Shown here: piece by piece, positions 49,087 to 59,436 of the stretch | Layout of the letters: each line of letters starts with the position of its first letter | Position numbering within the stretch: position 1 is the first letter of the stretch | From: an uncultured Cytophagales bacterium | Lineage (GTDB): Bacteria; Bacteroidota; Bacteroidia; Cytophagales; Bernardetiaceae | Length of the DNA: 64,000 bases | Direction of reading: 5' to 3' | NCBI GenBank assembly: GCA_963761725.1 | Contig: CAVXHP010000006.1 | Span: 637,534-701,533 of the forward strand | Made by a program: the position numbers and the translations under genes | The notes under the pieces: model-generated | Seen by the model: the letters and a program-made list of their open reading frames with translations, nothing else | Database searches by the model: none | Told to the model about the DNA's origin: nothing

Positions 49087-49554
49087 ATGATTCAACGTAT
49101 TCAAAGTATTTTTTTATTAATGGTTTCTATTTTTATGGGACTTACTGTTTTTCTTCCTATCTGGGGAAAATCAGACGGAACAAATAAAATTGAGATGAAC
49201 TCTATCGAAATGGTACAGACTTTAGCAGGTGATGTAGTAATGGAGCAAACAACCGTTTATCTTGCCATTATTGCAGCTCTAACGGCTATTCTTTCTTTTG
49301 GAAATATTTTTAATTATAAAAATCGTCGTTTTCAAATGAAAATTTCACTTTTTTGTACTCTTCTTATCGCTATTTTTATTGGAGCCTCTACTCTCCTAAC
49401 ATTCTATGCACAAGACAATTTTTCTCCTCAAGTAGGCGGAGTATTTGGTACGGGTTATTTTCTGCCTGTAGCAGCAGTTTTATTTAATTGGCTTTCTATT
49501 CGTTTTATTAAAAAGGACGAAGATATGGTTCGTAGTGCAGACCGTTTGAGATAG
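49087..49554 (+). CDS. DUF4293-like small membrane protein
   Basis: N-terminus MIQRIQSIFLLM and four predicted TM helices are typical of the Bacteroidota DUF4293 family. Confidence 0.55.
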   Translation: MIQRIQSIFLLMVSIFMGLTVFLPIWGKSDGTNKIEMNSIEMVQTLAGDVVMEQTTVYLAIIAALTAILSFGNIFNYKNRRFQMKISLFCTLLIAIFIGASTLLTFYAQDNFSPQVGGVFGTGYFLPVAAVLFNWLSIRFIKKDEDMVRSADRLR

Positions 49555-49646
49555 ATTTTGCACACAGTTTTAATCAAAAAAGCCATTTCTATTTATGTAG
49601 AGATGGCTTTTTTGATGTAGTATAACTTATGATTTGTAACCAAAAA

Positions 49647-50834
49647 TTAATTCATAGTATTATCTGGTGCGTCTATTTTATCTCCCTTATTGACATTAAA
49701 TAAAAGAGAAAAACGAATGGTATCAGCAAGGGGATGTTGTTGTTGATTTGGAATAAGATACGCAAAATCAAACCCGAAAACTTGATAACGCAAGCCCAAA
49801 CCTACCGTAAAATAACGACGATTTCCTTTGTCTTGGTTTTCGTGGAAATATCCACCACGAAGTGCAATCAAATCAGCATACCAATATTCTGCACCCACCG
49901 CAAAAATCATTTCCTGTACTTCTTCACTAAAACCATTAGGAGCATCTCCGAAAGATTGAAAAATAGAAGACAATACAGGAGCGTTAGCACCGTTAGTAGC
50001 TGTATTTTCAGGAGTAGGAACTAATAATTTGCTCATATCAAAAGCAAGTGTCAGTTTATTAAATTCATCAAACTGACCATTAAAAGCCGTTCCGATACGC
50101 AAGTTAGCTGGCAAATAATCTTGTTGAGCAGCATCATTATAAGTAACTGGAGCACCCACATTTGAAATATTTACTCCCAATGCCCAATCTCCTTCAAAAC
50201 TAGTAAAGTTGAGTTTACTCTTATAGAACATCGATACATCTACTGCACCTGTATTGGCTGCTTTTACATTATTTACAGGACCATTATTGGTTACATTTCC
50301 TGCCAAATTGGAGTGAATATAACGAAACGTACCTGCAATACTCAATTTTTCGGAAAGCTGTTGTGCAAAGGTAACATCAATAGCTGCTTCACGAGGATTA
50401 AAATTTTGCAAAGGTTCGCCTCTAGCATCTGTAAATTGAAGACTTCCCATATCAAAATAACGGAAAGAAACCCCTATCGTCTGTGTTTTGGAAATTCGTT
50501 TTACACCACTAACATAACCCAGCCACATATCATTTACTAATCTCTGTAACCACGGAGAATACGCAACTCCAAACGACCAATCATTTTCTATAAAAGCTAA
50601 TTTTGATGGATTCCAATGCACTGAATTTGCATCAGGAGAAGTGGCTGCACCCAAATCTCCCATACCAGCGGCACGAGAATCAGGTCCCACTAATAAAATA
50701 GGAACAGCAGTTGTGATTACTCTGCGTCCAGTAGAATCCAAACCAATTTGAGCTGAAACTGTATTAAAATTTGAGTAGAAAAAACTTACTATTAAGCAAC
50801 CTAAGACGGCTGCAAGAACTTTACGTATCTGCAT
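49647..50834 (-). CDS. PorV/LptO-like outer-membrane beta-barrel (T9SS-associated, FadL-like family)
   Basis: Signal peptide. N-terminal motif VPILLVGPDSRAAGMGDLGAATSPDANSVHWNPSKLAF resembles the PorV/PorQ family signature. Beta-barrel-like remainder. Confidence 0.5.
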   Translation of the reverse strand: MQIRKVLAAVLGCLIVSFFYSNFNTVSAQIGLDSTGRRVITTAVPILLVGPDSRAAGMGDLGAATSPDANSVHWNPSKLAFIENDWSFGVAYSPWLQRLVNDMWLGYVSGVKRISKTQTIGVSFRYFDMGSLQFTDARGEPLQNFNPREAAIDVTFAQQLSEKLSIAGTFRYIHSNLAGNVTNNGPVNNVKAANTGAVDVSMFYKSKLNFTSFEGDWALGVNISNVGAPVTYNDAAQQDYLPANLRIGTAFNGQFDEFNKLTLAFDMSKLLVPTPENTATNGANAPVLSSIFQSFGDAPNGFSEEVQEMIFAVGAEYWYADLIALRGGYFHENQDKGNRRYFTVGLGLRYQVFGFDFAYLIPNQQQHPLADTIRFSLLFNVNKGDKIDAPDNTMN

Positions 50835-51202
50835 ACAATTATTTAATTTTTAGAAATATAAAATTTCGAATATAATTTACTAATATAATTTAGTTAAGAG
50901 CTGAAGGGATTAAGCCTCGTTATATCTTTTTTTATTTGAAAATAATACTTTTAAAACTACTCTACAATCAGAGTATTATTTTTGGATAGACGTGTTGAGA
51001 CAAAAGATAAGTAAAGTTTTTATTCATAGGCTAATCAGCACGCAAACTAGGGGAATTACCAAAGGGTTTGGCAAAAATGGATATTTAAGGACTACTACAA
51101 AAATATAAAAAAAAATTATTAAATGAGACTAAACGAAATTAAATCTATTCAAAACTCAACCAAAATATTGTTCTTTTTCAAACAATTGATTCATTATATG
51201 AT

Positions 51203-52250
51203 TTATTTATTAATAAATTGTTTTATTAGAAGAATAATTTTTTGAACCTGTTTTACATAAAAAGGCAGTTTGTTGTAATCTAAAACAAAAAATAATTTTT
51301 CTTCACTTCCAAAACTAGTATTAAAACGAGCTATTTCTTTTTCTTGTGCCGATTCAAAATCTAAGATTTTAGATACATTACCAATTGGTTCCTTTTCTTG
51401 ATTACTTTTTTCTTGAATAAACTTATCTAAAAACCACCTTCTGCTTTCATTTTTTTGACTATTTTCTTTTGTAGCTGCATTAAATAGATAAATCCATTTT
51501 GTACTAGAGTAATTTTGATTATTCTTTTGATAAAAGGACTCACTTTTTATCAACATAATTCCACTCACAATTTTGCCTTTGCTATTTTGAATATAAACCA
51601 ATTTAGTCAAATCTTTTTCTATCAATATTTTGAAAAGAATTTTCAAAGTTTGCTTCGCCTGACTTGATACTCCATTTTTCAAAAAAACACTTTCTTCAAA
51701 AAAACCATATAATAAATCAATATTATTACCTTCTATAATTTTGAAATTTTGTTTTTTAGCTCTATTGATTTTGTTTTTAGTATTCTGTTTATAATTTTGA
51801 CGAATTTTAGAATACTTATGCTGCAAAGAAAGATGATGTGTTTTGTATTTTTTTAAAACTTTACTATCAAATACTTCTTCAAAAATCTCATTGTACTCTT
51901 CGTAATTTGTAGTATTGAATGGATAATTTGAAACTAAATCAAAATTTCTTTTGAAGTAAAATTAAAAAAGCTTTGAATTCTAAATTAGACAATTTTTGAG
52001 TAGAAAAAATTCCCAATTGTTGTGCAAAAAGAGGTATGTTGCAAGAAATAAAATTCCGTATTTTTTCTTAACAGGCAAGGGGAAGTACAGCTACATAATT
52101 TTGATTCTTATCTTCTAAAATAAATGCTTCCCAAGCAGGAGAAACACAATCCAAATACCACGAAAAGGCATAAATTATATTTTCTTTTGAAGAAGAAATA
52201 CAATTATCCCATTTTTTTTTGTTTATTTGATGATGTTTGAAATACTTCAA
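51203..52250 (-). pseudogene. FemAB/BioF2-like GNAT acetyltransferase (PF13480-like), apparently disrupted (fragments 52068-52250 and 51203-51826)
   Basis: N-terminal fragment (KKKWDNCISSSKENIIYAFSWYLDCVSPAWEAFIL) resembles the start of PF13480 proteins. Combined span ~349 codons matches family length. Uncovered segment between fragments. Confidence 0.4.
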
Positions 52251-52256
52251 ATGGGA

Positions 52257-52425
52257 TATTAGGAATTAGAGATTAGGAATTAGGAAAATACAGTTTTGAA
52301 TTACAGAGGTATTAGAGGAACTGCAGAGTTAGCAGGGAAATTAGGGATTAGGAATTAGGAAAATACAAATATAGTTTTGAACCACAGAGGTAAGAGAGTT
52401 AAGAGAGGAACTGCAAAGTCAGCAT
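52257..52425. repeat. ~80-bp tandem direct repeat x2 (ATTAGGAATTAGGAAAATACA..GTTTTGAA..ACAGAGGTA..GAGGAACTGCA.AGT.AGCA)
   Basis: Two adjacent units with ~80% identity read directly. Followed at 52476-52496 by (AACTGAT)3, the reverse complement of the CAGTTAT heptamer at 6821-6925. Confidence 0.7.
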
Positions 52426-52473
52426 AGCAATAAATTTTATACTTCTAACTTTATTCAACTGGTTACATTACTG

Positions 52474-53367
52474 CTAACTGATAACTGATAACTGAAAAGC
52501 CATTTCTTGCTGAATTTGCTGTGCTGCTTTGGCTGCCATTTCTGCAAAATCTCTGTCTTTGCTGGCATAGATAATCTGACGAGAAGAGTTTATCAGAAGT
52601 CCACATTCTTTTGTAAGTCCTGCTTTTGATACTTCTGCTAAATTTCCTCCTTGAGCTCCAACTCCTGGAACCAACAAAAAATGATTGGGTATTATTTTGC
52701 GAATATTCTCTATGTATTCTGCCTTTGTTGCACCCACAACATACATTAGATTTTCTTCTGTCCCCCATTCTTTACTTTTTTCTAAAACTTCTTCATATAC
52801 TTTTTTTCCATTTTTGAGTTCTAACATTTCAAAATCTTCTGCACCCGAATTTGAAGTAAGAGCTAACAGAATTGTCCATTTATTTTTTATTTCTAAAAAA
52901 GGTTTTACAGAGTCTTCTCCCATATAAGGTGCAACTGTAATGGCATCACAATTCAAGTTTTCAAGAAATGCTTTTGCATATTGAGTAGAAGTATTTCCAA
53001 TATCACCTCGTTTTGCATCAGCAATAATAAAGACATTGTGAGGTAAGTATTCAATTGTTTTTTGCAGACTTTCCCACCCTTTTGTTCCTAGAGCTTCGTA
53101 AAAAGCAGTGTTTAGTTTGTAAGAAACAGCATATTTTTCTGTCGCATCAATAATGCGTTTATTAAACTCAAAAATAGGGTCTTTTGCATTTAATAAATGA
53201 AACGGAATTTTTTTAATATCACTATCCAAACCTACACAAAGGTAAGATTCTTTAGCTTTTATTTGAGAGATGAGTTTAGTGCGATTCACTTTTAATATAT
53301 GTTGTGTCGTTGGTGGAGACACCAACAACGGCGAAGAGAAATGAGTTTTGAAACCAATTTTATACAA
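52474..53367 (-). CDS. pyrF: Orotidine 5'-phosphate decarboxylase (type 2)
   Basis: [35 protein letters not shown] motifs. The N-terminal ~25 codons of the track ORF are encoded by a REP-like hairpin, so the true start is probably further 3'. The C-terminal codons overlap the heptamer repeat. Confidence 0.85.
   Translation of the reverse strand: MYKIGFKTHFSSPLLVSPPTTQHILKVNRTKLISQIKAKESYLCVGLDSDIKKIPFHLLNAKDPIFEFNKRIIDATEKYAVSYKLNTAFYEALGTKGWESLQKTIEYLPHNVFIIADAKRGDIGNTSTQYAKAFLENLNCDAITVAPYMGEDSVKPFLEIKNKWTILLALTSNSGAEDFEMLELKNGKKVYEEVLEKSKEWGTEENLMYVVGATKAEYIENIRKIIPNHFLLVPGVGAQGGNLAEVSKAGLTKECGLLINSSRQIIYASKDRDFAEMAAKAAQQIQQEMAFQLSVIS
53301..53332. repeat. REP-like hairpin GTTGTGTCGTTGGTGGAGACACCAACAACGGC
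   Basis: Near-identical to 25930-25954, and shares the CCGTTGTTGGT/ACCAACAACGG core with the 40735-40918 element. Confidence 0.55.
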
Positions 53368-53444
53368 AAATAGTATTTTTAAAACTATTTTTTAGTTGAA
53401 AGCTAAAGCATTCGGTACATTTTCTTACGCTAAAGTGTAAGCTA

Positions 53445-54449
53445 CTAATATTGCTGTAATGTATTCTCCAATTCTGCTTGTATTTGTTTGGCTAATGGAT
53501 TTGGACTAAGCACACGAACCGACGAACCATATCCCAAAATCATCATTTTGAGTTCGTAATTTACAATCAAATGCAAACGAATTCTATATTCATTATCATC
53601 TTCTACCAAAACTTCCTGTGTGTGATGAAGAGGTTGAGATTTGATATACTTTCCTTGAAAAACATCAAAGCTCAAAACTACATCTTCTGGTTTTTGATTC
53701 AGAGCCGAAACACCAATACAGTAATGATAAAATTCTTCTGGATTGAATTTGGCTTGTTCGGGAGTAATGAAAAGGGACTCATCTGATGGTTCTATGTCCA
53801 TTATTCTATCCAAACCAAAGGTTCTGACTTCATTGTATTTTCTTACCCACCCAATTAAATACCACATATTACGGTATTCTTTTAATAGATAAGGATGAAT
53901 ATTGTAAGGTTTTGTATGTGGTTCATTGTGTTTTTGATAGAATATTTTGATTACATTTTGCTCTGAAATATGATAAATCAAATCCTTTAACTGGTGCGTT
54001 CCTTTTCCTTTATAGATCGATTGTTCGACTTGAATAATTCGCTGTACATTTTTTTGGATTTCCGAACTTTTAGCAATTTCCATTCCGTCCAAAACTTTAT
54101 CTACTGCACCAGAAAACTCATTGAAAATAGGTAATTCTCTAAATTCTCCCAAAAGAGATTCTACAAAAGCCATAGCAAGCTGCTCATCATCAGAAAGATT
54201 GACAGACAAAAATTTGTACTTTGCATCTGAATACGAATAGCCTTTCATTTTTTTATTGTAATCAATCGGTGCATCAAATTCATCACGCATAGCAGCCAAA
54301 TCTTTTTCGATGGTAGAAGCTGAAGAAACACCAAAACGCTCTCTACACGCCTCCAACAATTCATCTTTAGTAGGAAAAGGTTTGAATTTGCTGCGTAACA
54401 TTTGATCGATGAGCAAATAGCGAAAAAAAGCGAGTTTGGTAGCTGCCAT
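53445..54449 (-). CDS. WYL-domain transcriptional regulator (N-terminal HTH + WYL domain + C-terminal WCX-like region)
   Basis: N-terminal HTH pattern FFRYLLIDQMLRS...FPTKDELLEACRERFG. Signature WYL motif in NMWYLIGWVRKYNEVRTFGLDRI. Confidence 0.75.
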   Translation of the reverse strand: MAATKLAFFRYLLIDQMLRSKFKPFPTKDELLEACRERFGVSSASTIEKDLAAMRDEFDAPIDYNKKMKGYSYSDAKYKFLSVNLSDDEQLAMAFVESLLGEFRELPIFNEFSGAVDKVLDGMEIAKSSEIQKNVQRIIQVEQSIYKGKGTHQLKDLIYHISEQNVIKIFYQKHNEPHTKPYNIHPYLLKEYRNMWYLIGWVRKYNEVRTFGLDRIMDIEPSDESLFITPEQAKFNPEEFYHYCIGVSALNQKPEDVVLSFDVFQGKYIKSQPLHHTQEVLVEDDNEYRIRLHLIVNYELKMMILGYGSSVRVLSPNPLAKQIQAELENTLQQY

Positions 54450-54454
54450 AAATG

Positions 54455-54532
54455 AATTACGAATTATGAATTATAAAATAATCAGCGTAGCTAATTAAAA
54501 ATTACGGATTACGAAATAATAAGTGTAGCTAA
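54455..54532. promoter_or_regulatory. Two ~35-40 bp direct repeats (AATTACGAATTATGAATTATAAAATAATCAGCGTAGCTAA / AATTACGGATTACGAAATAATAAGTGTAGCTAA) immediately upstream of the WYL regulator gene
   Basis: Direct repeats read from the sequence. They contain TTACGAATT, the reverse complement of the AATTCGT heptamer. Confidence 0.5.
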
Positions 54533-54698
54533 ACGATAGTTTGGTAAAGACAATTAAAGATTATTATTTTCTTTGACTATGAAAGGCAAAACAACTTTTA
54601 TGTCAAATCATATTTCTAACAAAAAACGCATTTTAAAATGGCTTTGCCAAAAAAATAATGAGTTTTTTATTATTTGAAAGATAATGTATGCCTTATCT

Positions 54699-55784
54699 CT
54701 ACAAACTACTTTCTCGTATTTCAATCAATGCTTTTTCCAAATTAGCTACATTTGGAAGCTCTGGCAATGTAGAATTTTGATAAGCTATTTCTAAAAGTTC
54801 AATTTTTTGGTCTGCTTTTTTTAGTAGTTCTTCATACGTAAAAAAACCACTTCTTATTTGTAGTAATTCTTCTCTATTAGGTCTTTTGACAATTACTTCC
54901 TGCTTTTCCAAAATCTCAATTGCCATATCTAAAAGACGAAAAGTGTGCATCATATTTTTGGCATCGTAATTTTTGCCATGTTCAAGTGTGTTTTCATAGC
55001 GTGCCTCATTTCTATTGCTTACCCATTCCCAATACTGTTTGTATTTCTTGCAATGTGCAGCGTAACCTTCTTTATTGAAATATAGATAGGCTACTGCTTT
55101 TTCACCTTTTGGAATATTGCTCAAACTGACTTCATTTGATTCTGTATTTTTCAAAATTCCTTTATAATAAAAATCAACTTCACCTTTTTGATGAAAAAGC
55201 AAATACATATTTTTGACATGATTGACAGCCGAAAGTCCACAATTTTCTTGTTTGTAATTAGTTGATTTTAGCCATTTTTTTAATGAAATACTTGTATTTT
55301 TGTCTTGCTGATTATCCAAAATATAACAAAAATCCAAAACTGTTTTTCGTTTTTCTGGCATTGGATTAAAAATTTTCTTGTTTAATCCTTTTGCTTTTCT
55401 GATTTGTGAAAGTGCATAACCTGCAAAGGTATCTTTACATAATTTGGATAAAATATCTTCTGACTTTATCAAATCCAAAATTGGATTTTTGTAGATAATA
55501 TCTTCTTTTGAAGTATATAAAATCTCAATTATAGACGGATTATTTTTGGCTAATAGCTCTATAAAACGTTTTATTTCATAAAAAACAACATCATTTTTCT
55601 CATCGCTTACTTGTGGAACATATTCCAAACCATAAAACTGTTCTTTAGGTAGAATAAAAATTCCTTTTATATCTGTGTCCGAAGTAGGTAAATCTGTTCC
55701 GTAGGCTTTGCTTCCTGCAAGCGTTTCTAGGAGGATGAGATTTTCTTTTTTTAGGGTTTCTATGTTTATCATAAATTGTAGCAA
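54699..55784 (-). CDS. Pol-beta-superfamily nucleotidyltransferase domain protein (361 aa) with uncharacterised helical C-terminal region
   Basis: Canonical NTase motif hG[GS]x9-13Dh[DE]h in LAGSKAYGTDLPTSDTDIKGIF. No other motif recognised. Confidence 0.6.
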   Translation of the reverse strand: MLQFMINIETLKKENLILLETLAGSKAYGTDLPTSDTDIKGIFILPKEQFYGLEYVPQVSDEKNDVVFYEIKRFIELLAKNNPSIIEILYTSKEDIIYKNPILDLIKSEDILSKLCKDTFAGYALSQIRKAKGLNKKIFNPMPEKRKTVLDFCYILDNQQDKNTSISLKKWLKSTNYKQENCGLSAVNHVKNMYLLFHQKGEVDFYYKGILKNTESNEVSLSNIPKGEKAVAYLYFNKEGYAAHCKKYKQYWEWVSNRNEARYENTLEHGKNYDAKNMMHTFRLLDMAIEILEKQEVIVKRPNREELLQIRSGFFTYEELLKKADQKIELLEIAYQNSTLPELPNVANLEKALIEIRESSL

Positions 55785-56089
55785 TATTTTTTAAAATTAT
55801 CATTTCAAGAGAACAGAAAAATCATACAATAAAAGCAAATAAGTGTAAATTTAAGTTCAATTTTATATTTTCTAGCTTTTTCTATTGCTCTTTTTTTTAG
55901 ATTTGGTTTTGCCATAGTTTTCGACGACTATTTTGGGTAGTCGAAGTACAAGGTATAATAGAAGTGCTAGATTGAGTATTTAGAATTTCATTGTATATTT
56001 GTGTTTCTAATTTTCACTACTTTGGTAAATCCTGAAAATATCATACAGGAAACTAAACTAGGATACAAACGCATAACGAAGACTATAAT

Positions 56090-57271
56090 ATGAGATTGAT
56101 AAAATTTACCATTCTTTTTATCCTGATAACTCAGACCTTGCTTGCTCAAAAACCAATAACCAATGAGTCTTCAGCCATCGATAAAAAAGCATTGGAACTC
56201 CCTGACTCATTGACAAAAAACACAGATCTTATTGCAAATTATATTACTTCCAACTTTGCAACTGATGAAGACAAATCACGAGCAATATTTATTTGGGTTA
56301 CATCAAATATTGAATATGACATTGAAAATATGTTTGCAATGAATTTTTACGAAAAAAAAGAAGAAAAAATAGCAAAACCTCTTAAAACAAGAAAAGGAAT
56401 CTGCGAAAATTATGCTTTATTATTTACAGATATCTGTATTAAATCAGGTATTAAATCTTTTGTAGTTGAAGGTTATACAAAGCAAAATGGTTTTACTGAC
56501 TATATTCCTCATGCTTGGAGTGCAGCACTAATTGACAGTTCATGGGTTCTCTTTGATCCAACTTGGGGTTCAGGTTATGTAGATGGTGGAAAGTTTTTTA
56601 GAAAAATAAATAATGAATACTATAAAGCTAATCCAACAACACTCATCAAATCTCACATCCCTTTCGATTACTTATGGCAATTTGTGAATTATCCAATAAC
56701 AAACCAAGAATTTTACGAAGGAAAGATACAACAAGACAAAACTAAGCAGTTTTTCAACTTCAAAGACACATTGCAAGTTTATGAGAAACAGAATCATATT
56801 GACCAGTTAATTTCTACAGCATATCGTGTAGAAAAAAACGGAGTAAAAAACTCAATGATTTTTGATCAACTTCAACATTTGAAATTAGAAATAGAAAATG
56901 ACAGACAAAGAAAAACTGTAAATCTATACAATTCAGCAATTGTTGAATATAATAATGCAATTAATGGTTTAAATGAATTTATAAATTACAGAAACAAAAA
57001 ACTCACGCCAAGTAAAACTGATCCTGAAATACAGAGCATGATTGATATTATAGACAGTAAAATAGAAGAAGCAAAAGGTAAATTAGACCGAATTGCAAAT
57101 CCTGATGTAAACACAGCTAATATGATTCAGCAATTAACTAAATCAATAAATGATGTTTCAAAACAAGTGGAAGAGCAACAAGATTGGCTAACACTATATT
57201 TTAGTAAAGGTAAATTAGGACGGAAATCTATGTTTTATAAAGTAAGTTGGTTTGGTGTTCCTTTAAATTAA
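56090..57271 (+). CDS. Secreted transglutaminase-like cysteine-protease-fold domain protein with C-terminal coiled coil
   Basis: Signal peptide. Cys-His-Asp triad context GICENYALLF (Cys), IPHAWSAAL (His), VLFDPTWG (Asp). Confidence 0.65.
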   Translation: MRLIKFTILFILITQTLLAQKPITNESSAIDKKALELPDSLTKNTDLIANYITSNFATDEDKSRAIFIWVTSNIEYDIENMFAMNFYEKKEEKIAKPLKTRKGICENYALLFTDICIKSGIKSFVVEGYTKQNGFTDYIPHAWSAALIDSSWVLFDPTWGSGYVDGGKFFRKINNEYYKANPTTLIKSHIPFDYLWQFVNYPITNQEFYEGKIQQDKTKQFFNFKDTLQVYEKQNHIDQLISTAYRVEKNGVKNSMIFDQLQHLKLEIENDRQRKTVNLYNSAIVEYNNAINGLNEFINYRNKKLTPSKTDPEIQSMIDIIDSKIEEAKGKLDRIANPDVNTANMIQQLTKSINDVSKQVEEQQDWLTLYFSKGKLGRKSMFYKVSWFGVPLN

Positions 57272-57379
57272 AAGTTGTTTATCCCCTGCTTCTAATCTTA
57301 ATAGGCTTTTTTTATACCTTTCACTCATTTCCAAATGAGTAAGTAATCTATATTCAACACCTTGTCCTGTATTTACTAG

Positions 57380-57593
57380 TATAACGTGAACTCGGTATTA
57401 TGATTTAGTTCATTTGTGTATTTCCCCATTATCAACGTCTATTTTTTCAAAATAGACGATTGCTAAGGGAGTTTTGTGTTTTTTTACCTTAGCAATCGTC
57501 TGTTATCGCAGATAACAAGACGTTGATAATGGTGAAAAAATACAAAACGGTTACTAATAAGAACTATTTTAATACCGAGTTCACGTTAGTATA
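57380..57593. repeat. Nested palindromic element (214 bp): outer 20-bp IR TATAACGTGAACTCGGTATT / AATACCGAGTTCACGTTAGTATA enclosing perfect 14-bp IR pairs (CCATTATCAACGTC/GACGTTGATAATGG; GACGATTGCTAAGG/CCTTAGCAATCGTC) and the central palindrome TTATCGCAGATAA
   Basis: All arms read directly and verified as reverse complements. Confidence 0.65.
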
Positions 57594-57721
57594 TACACTA
57601 AAAAAACTCAACCAAAAACTTCAAGCAGAAATTAAGGAGGTTACAACTCTGACAGTTAGAAACTGTCAGCTATGTGACACAATGAAGGCATCACTTTTGC
57701 GTTTTGCTAACAAAATGTATC

Positions 57722-57777
57722 ACAGACTTCCCAGTCTGTGCAAAAATATAGTATTTCTAACAGACTAGGAAGTCTGT
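57722..57777. promoter_or_regulatory. Inverted repeat with internally palindromic arms (ACAGACTTCCCAGTCTGT ... ACAGACTAGGAAGTCTGT), 24 nt upstream of the C1 peptidase start
   Basis: Each arm is a 7-bp stem hairpin with a 4-nt loop (TCCC / AGGA). 20-nt AT-rich spacer. Same architecture as 16480-16543 and 9151-9247. Confidence 0.45.
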
Positions 57778-57800
57778 TTTACTTATAAATTCTATCTCAA

Positions 57801-59240
57801 ATGAAAATTCCATTGTATAAATATAATTCAAAATACGCTTTTTTGTGTGTTTTCCTGTTTTGTTTTACTCTTAATTCTGCTTTTCTTTTTGCTCAACAAA
57901 GACCAACACTTGATAATCGGGGAAAAGGATTGAACTTAGAAGCAGAAATGGAAACAACCAAAGATATTCCCTTAAAATCTCAACAAACTCAAGAGAGTTA
58001 TAGAGGTTTGCCTTCTGCCGTTTCTTTAAAGCAATACTGCCCAACACCAGGCGATCAGGGAACATATGGAACGTGTGTAGGTTGGACGACAGCCTACGCT
58101 GCACGTACTATCTTAGAGGCTCGTCAGTTAGATTTACGCTCACAAGAAGAAATTGATGAACTTATCTTTTCACCTGGTTTTATTTACAAATTAGTAAAAG
58201 AAGAACAAGATAATGATTGTACCTATGGTGCAATTATGACCGATGCACTCAAAAAAATGCAGGTTCATGGAGTAGCAAAGCGAGCCAGTTTTCCAGAGCA
58301 ATGTGTCGATTATGTACCAGAAAAAATCTATAAAGAAGCCGAAAATTATAAATTAAAAGATTATGTTCGTTTATGGAACTTCAATTTTACGCAAGAAGAG
58401 CAAATTTTGGCACTCAAAAAAAGCCTAACAGAAGGAAATCCTGTGGTAATTGGGATGGAAGCACCGCCTTCTATTTACGATGCAAAAGAATTTTGGCGAC
58501 CTACTGAAAAGGCAGGAAATGGCTGGGGAGGACACGCAATTTGCGTTATTGGTTTTGATGACAAAAAAGGTAAAAAAGGTTCTTTCGAAATAATGAATAG
58601 TTGGGGAACAGGCTGGGCAAATGGTGGTTTTACGTGGATAGAGTATGACACCTTTACTGATTTTGTTCGTTTTGCGTATGAACTTGTACCGTATTACAAA
58701 CCCAAAAAAGAACGTCCTTTACTTGCTGGAAGTTTGCGTTTTGAGCTTGCCAATGGAAACAAAATTGACTTAGAAAAGAATGGAATAGCTTCTTATAAGA
58801 CGTCTCAAATTTTCAATGGAGGAACTAATTTTCGTCTTTATCTTTCCAATTTTGAGCCTGCTTATGTTTATGCTTTTGCAACTGATAAAACCAAAAATAT
58901 ACAAGTTGTATTTCCTCACAAAGCCTATATAAGTCCGTTTTTGCCCTATCATAATGGGGAAATTGCATTTCCAGATGAAAAGCATTATCTCACAATGGAT
59001 AACGTAGCAGGAACAGATTATTTTTGCGTTATTTACTCTCGTTATCCTTTAGAAATTAATGAAATTTATAAGGAACTTGGAGAACGAAGAGGAGATTTGA
59101 GAGTGGGCTTGGAAGAGATTTTGGGAAATAAACTTATCAGAACTAATGAAATACTATATTCTGCTAATGAAGTGAAGTTTTCTACAAGTTCAATAAAGGG
59201 AACAGTTGCCTTTTTTGTGGTAGAATTAGAACATAAATAG
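57801..59240 (+). CDS. Secreted papain-like (C1 family) cysteine peptidase with C-terminal extension
   Basis: Signal peptide. Catalytic Cys context QGTYGTCVGWTTAYA, His in GGHAICVIGFDD, Asn/Trp in NSWGTGWANGG. Confidence 0.8.
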   Translation: MKIPLYKYNSKYAFLCVFLFCFTLNSAFLFAQQRPTLDNRGKGLNLEAEMETTKDIPLKSQQTQESYRGLPSAVSLKQYCPTPGDQGTYGTCVGWTTAYAARTILEARQLDLRSQEEIDELIFSPGFIYKLVKEEQDNDCTYGAIMTDALKKMQVHGVAKRASFPEQCVDYVPEKIYKEAENYKLKDYVRLWNFNFTQEEQILALKKSLTEGNPVVIGMEAPPSIYDAKEFWRPTEKAGNGWGGHAICVIGFDDKKGKKGSFEIMNSWGTGWANGGFTWIEYDTFTDFVRFAYELVPYYKPKKERPLLAGSLRFELANGNKIDLEKNGIASYKTSQIFNGGTNFRLYLSNFEPAYVYAFATDKTKNIQVVFPHKAYISPFLPYHNGEIAFPDEKHYLTMDNVAGTDYFCVIYSRYPLEINEIYKELGERRGDLRVGLEEILGNKLIRTNEILYSANEVKFSTSSIKGTVAFFVVELEHK

Positions 59241-59436
59241 AATATTTTTTAAAGAATGATTAAACAAATTTATATACTTTATGTTAAGAAAATAGAAGTA
59301 ATACTATTCTTCTGAACCTTCTGATTTTAGACTTTTATCTCTCATTTGCCAATTACCTATCCATTACTATTTTTTTGAATTGATAGAAATTTGTAGCATA
59401 AAAAACTACTTTTTAACCTTTTATTTTTACGACTTT

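Noticed and set aside
57523-57768. 81-aa ORF on the plus strand
   Set aside because: It lies inside the nested palindrome and the hairpin-pair element and has no coding features. Treated as spurious.
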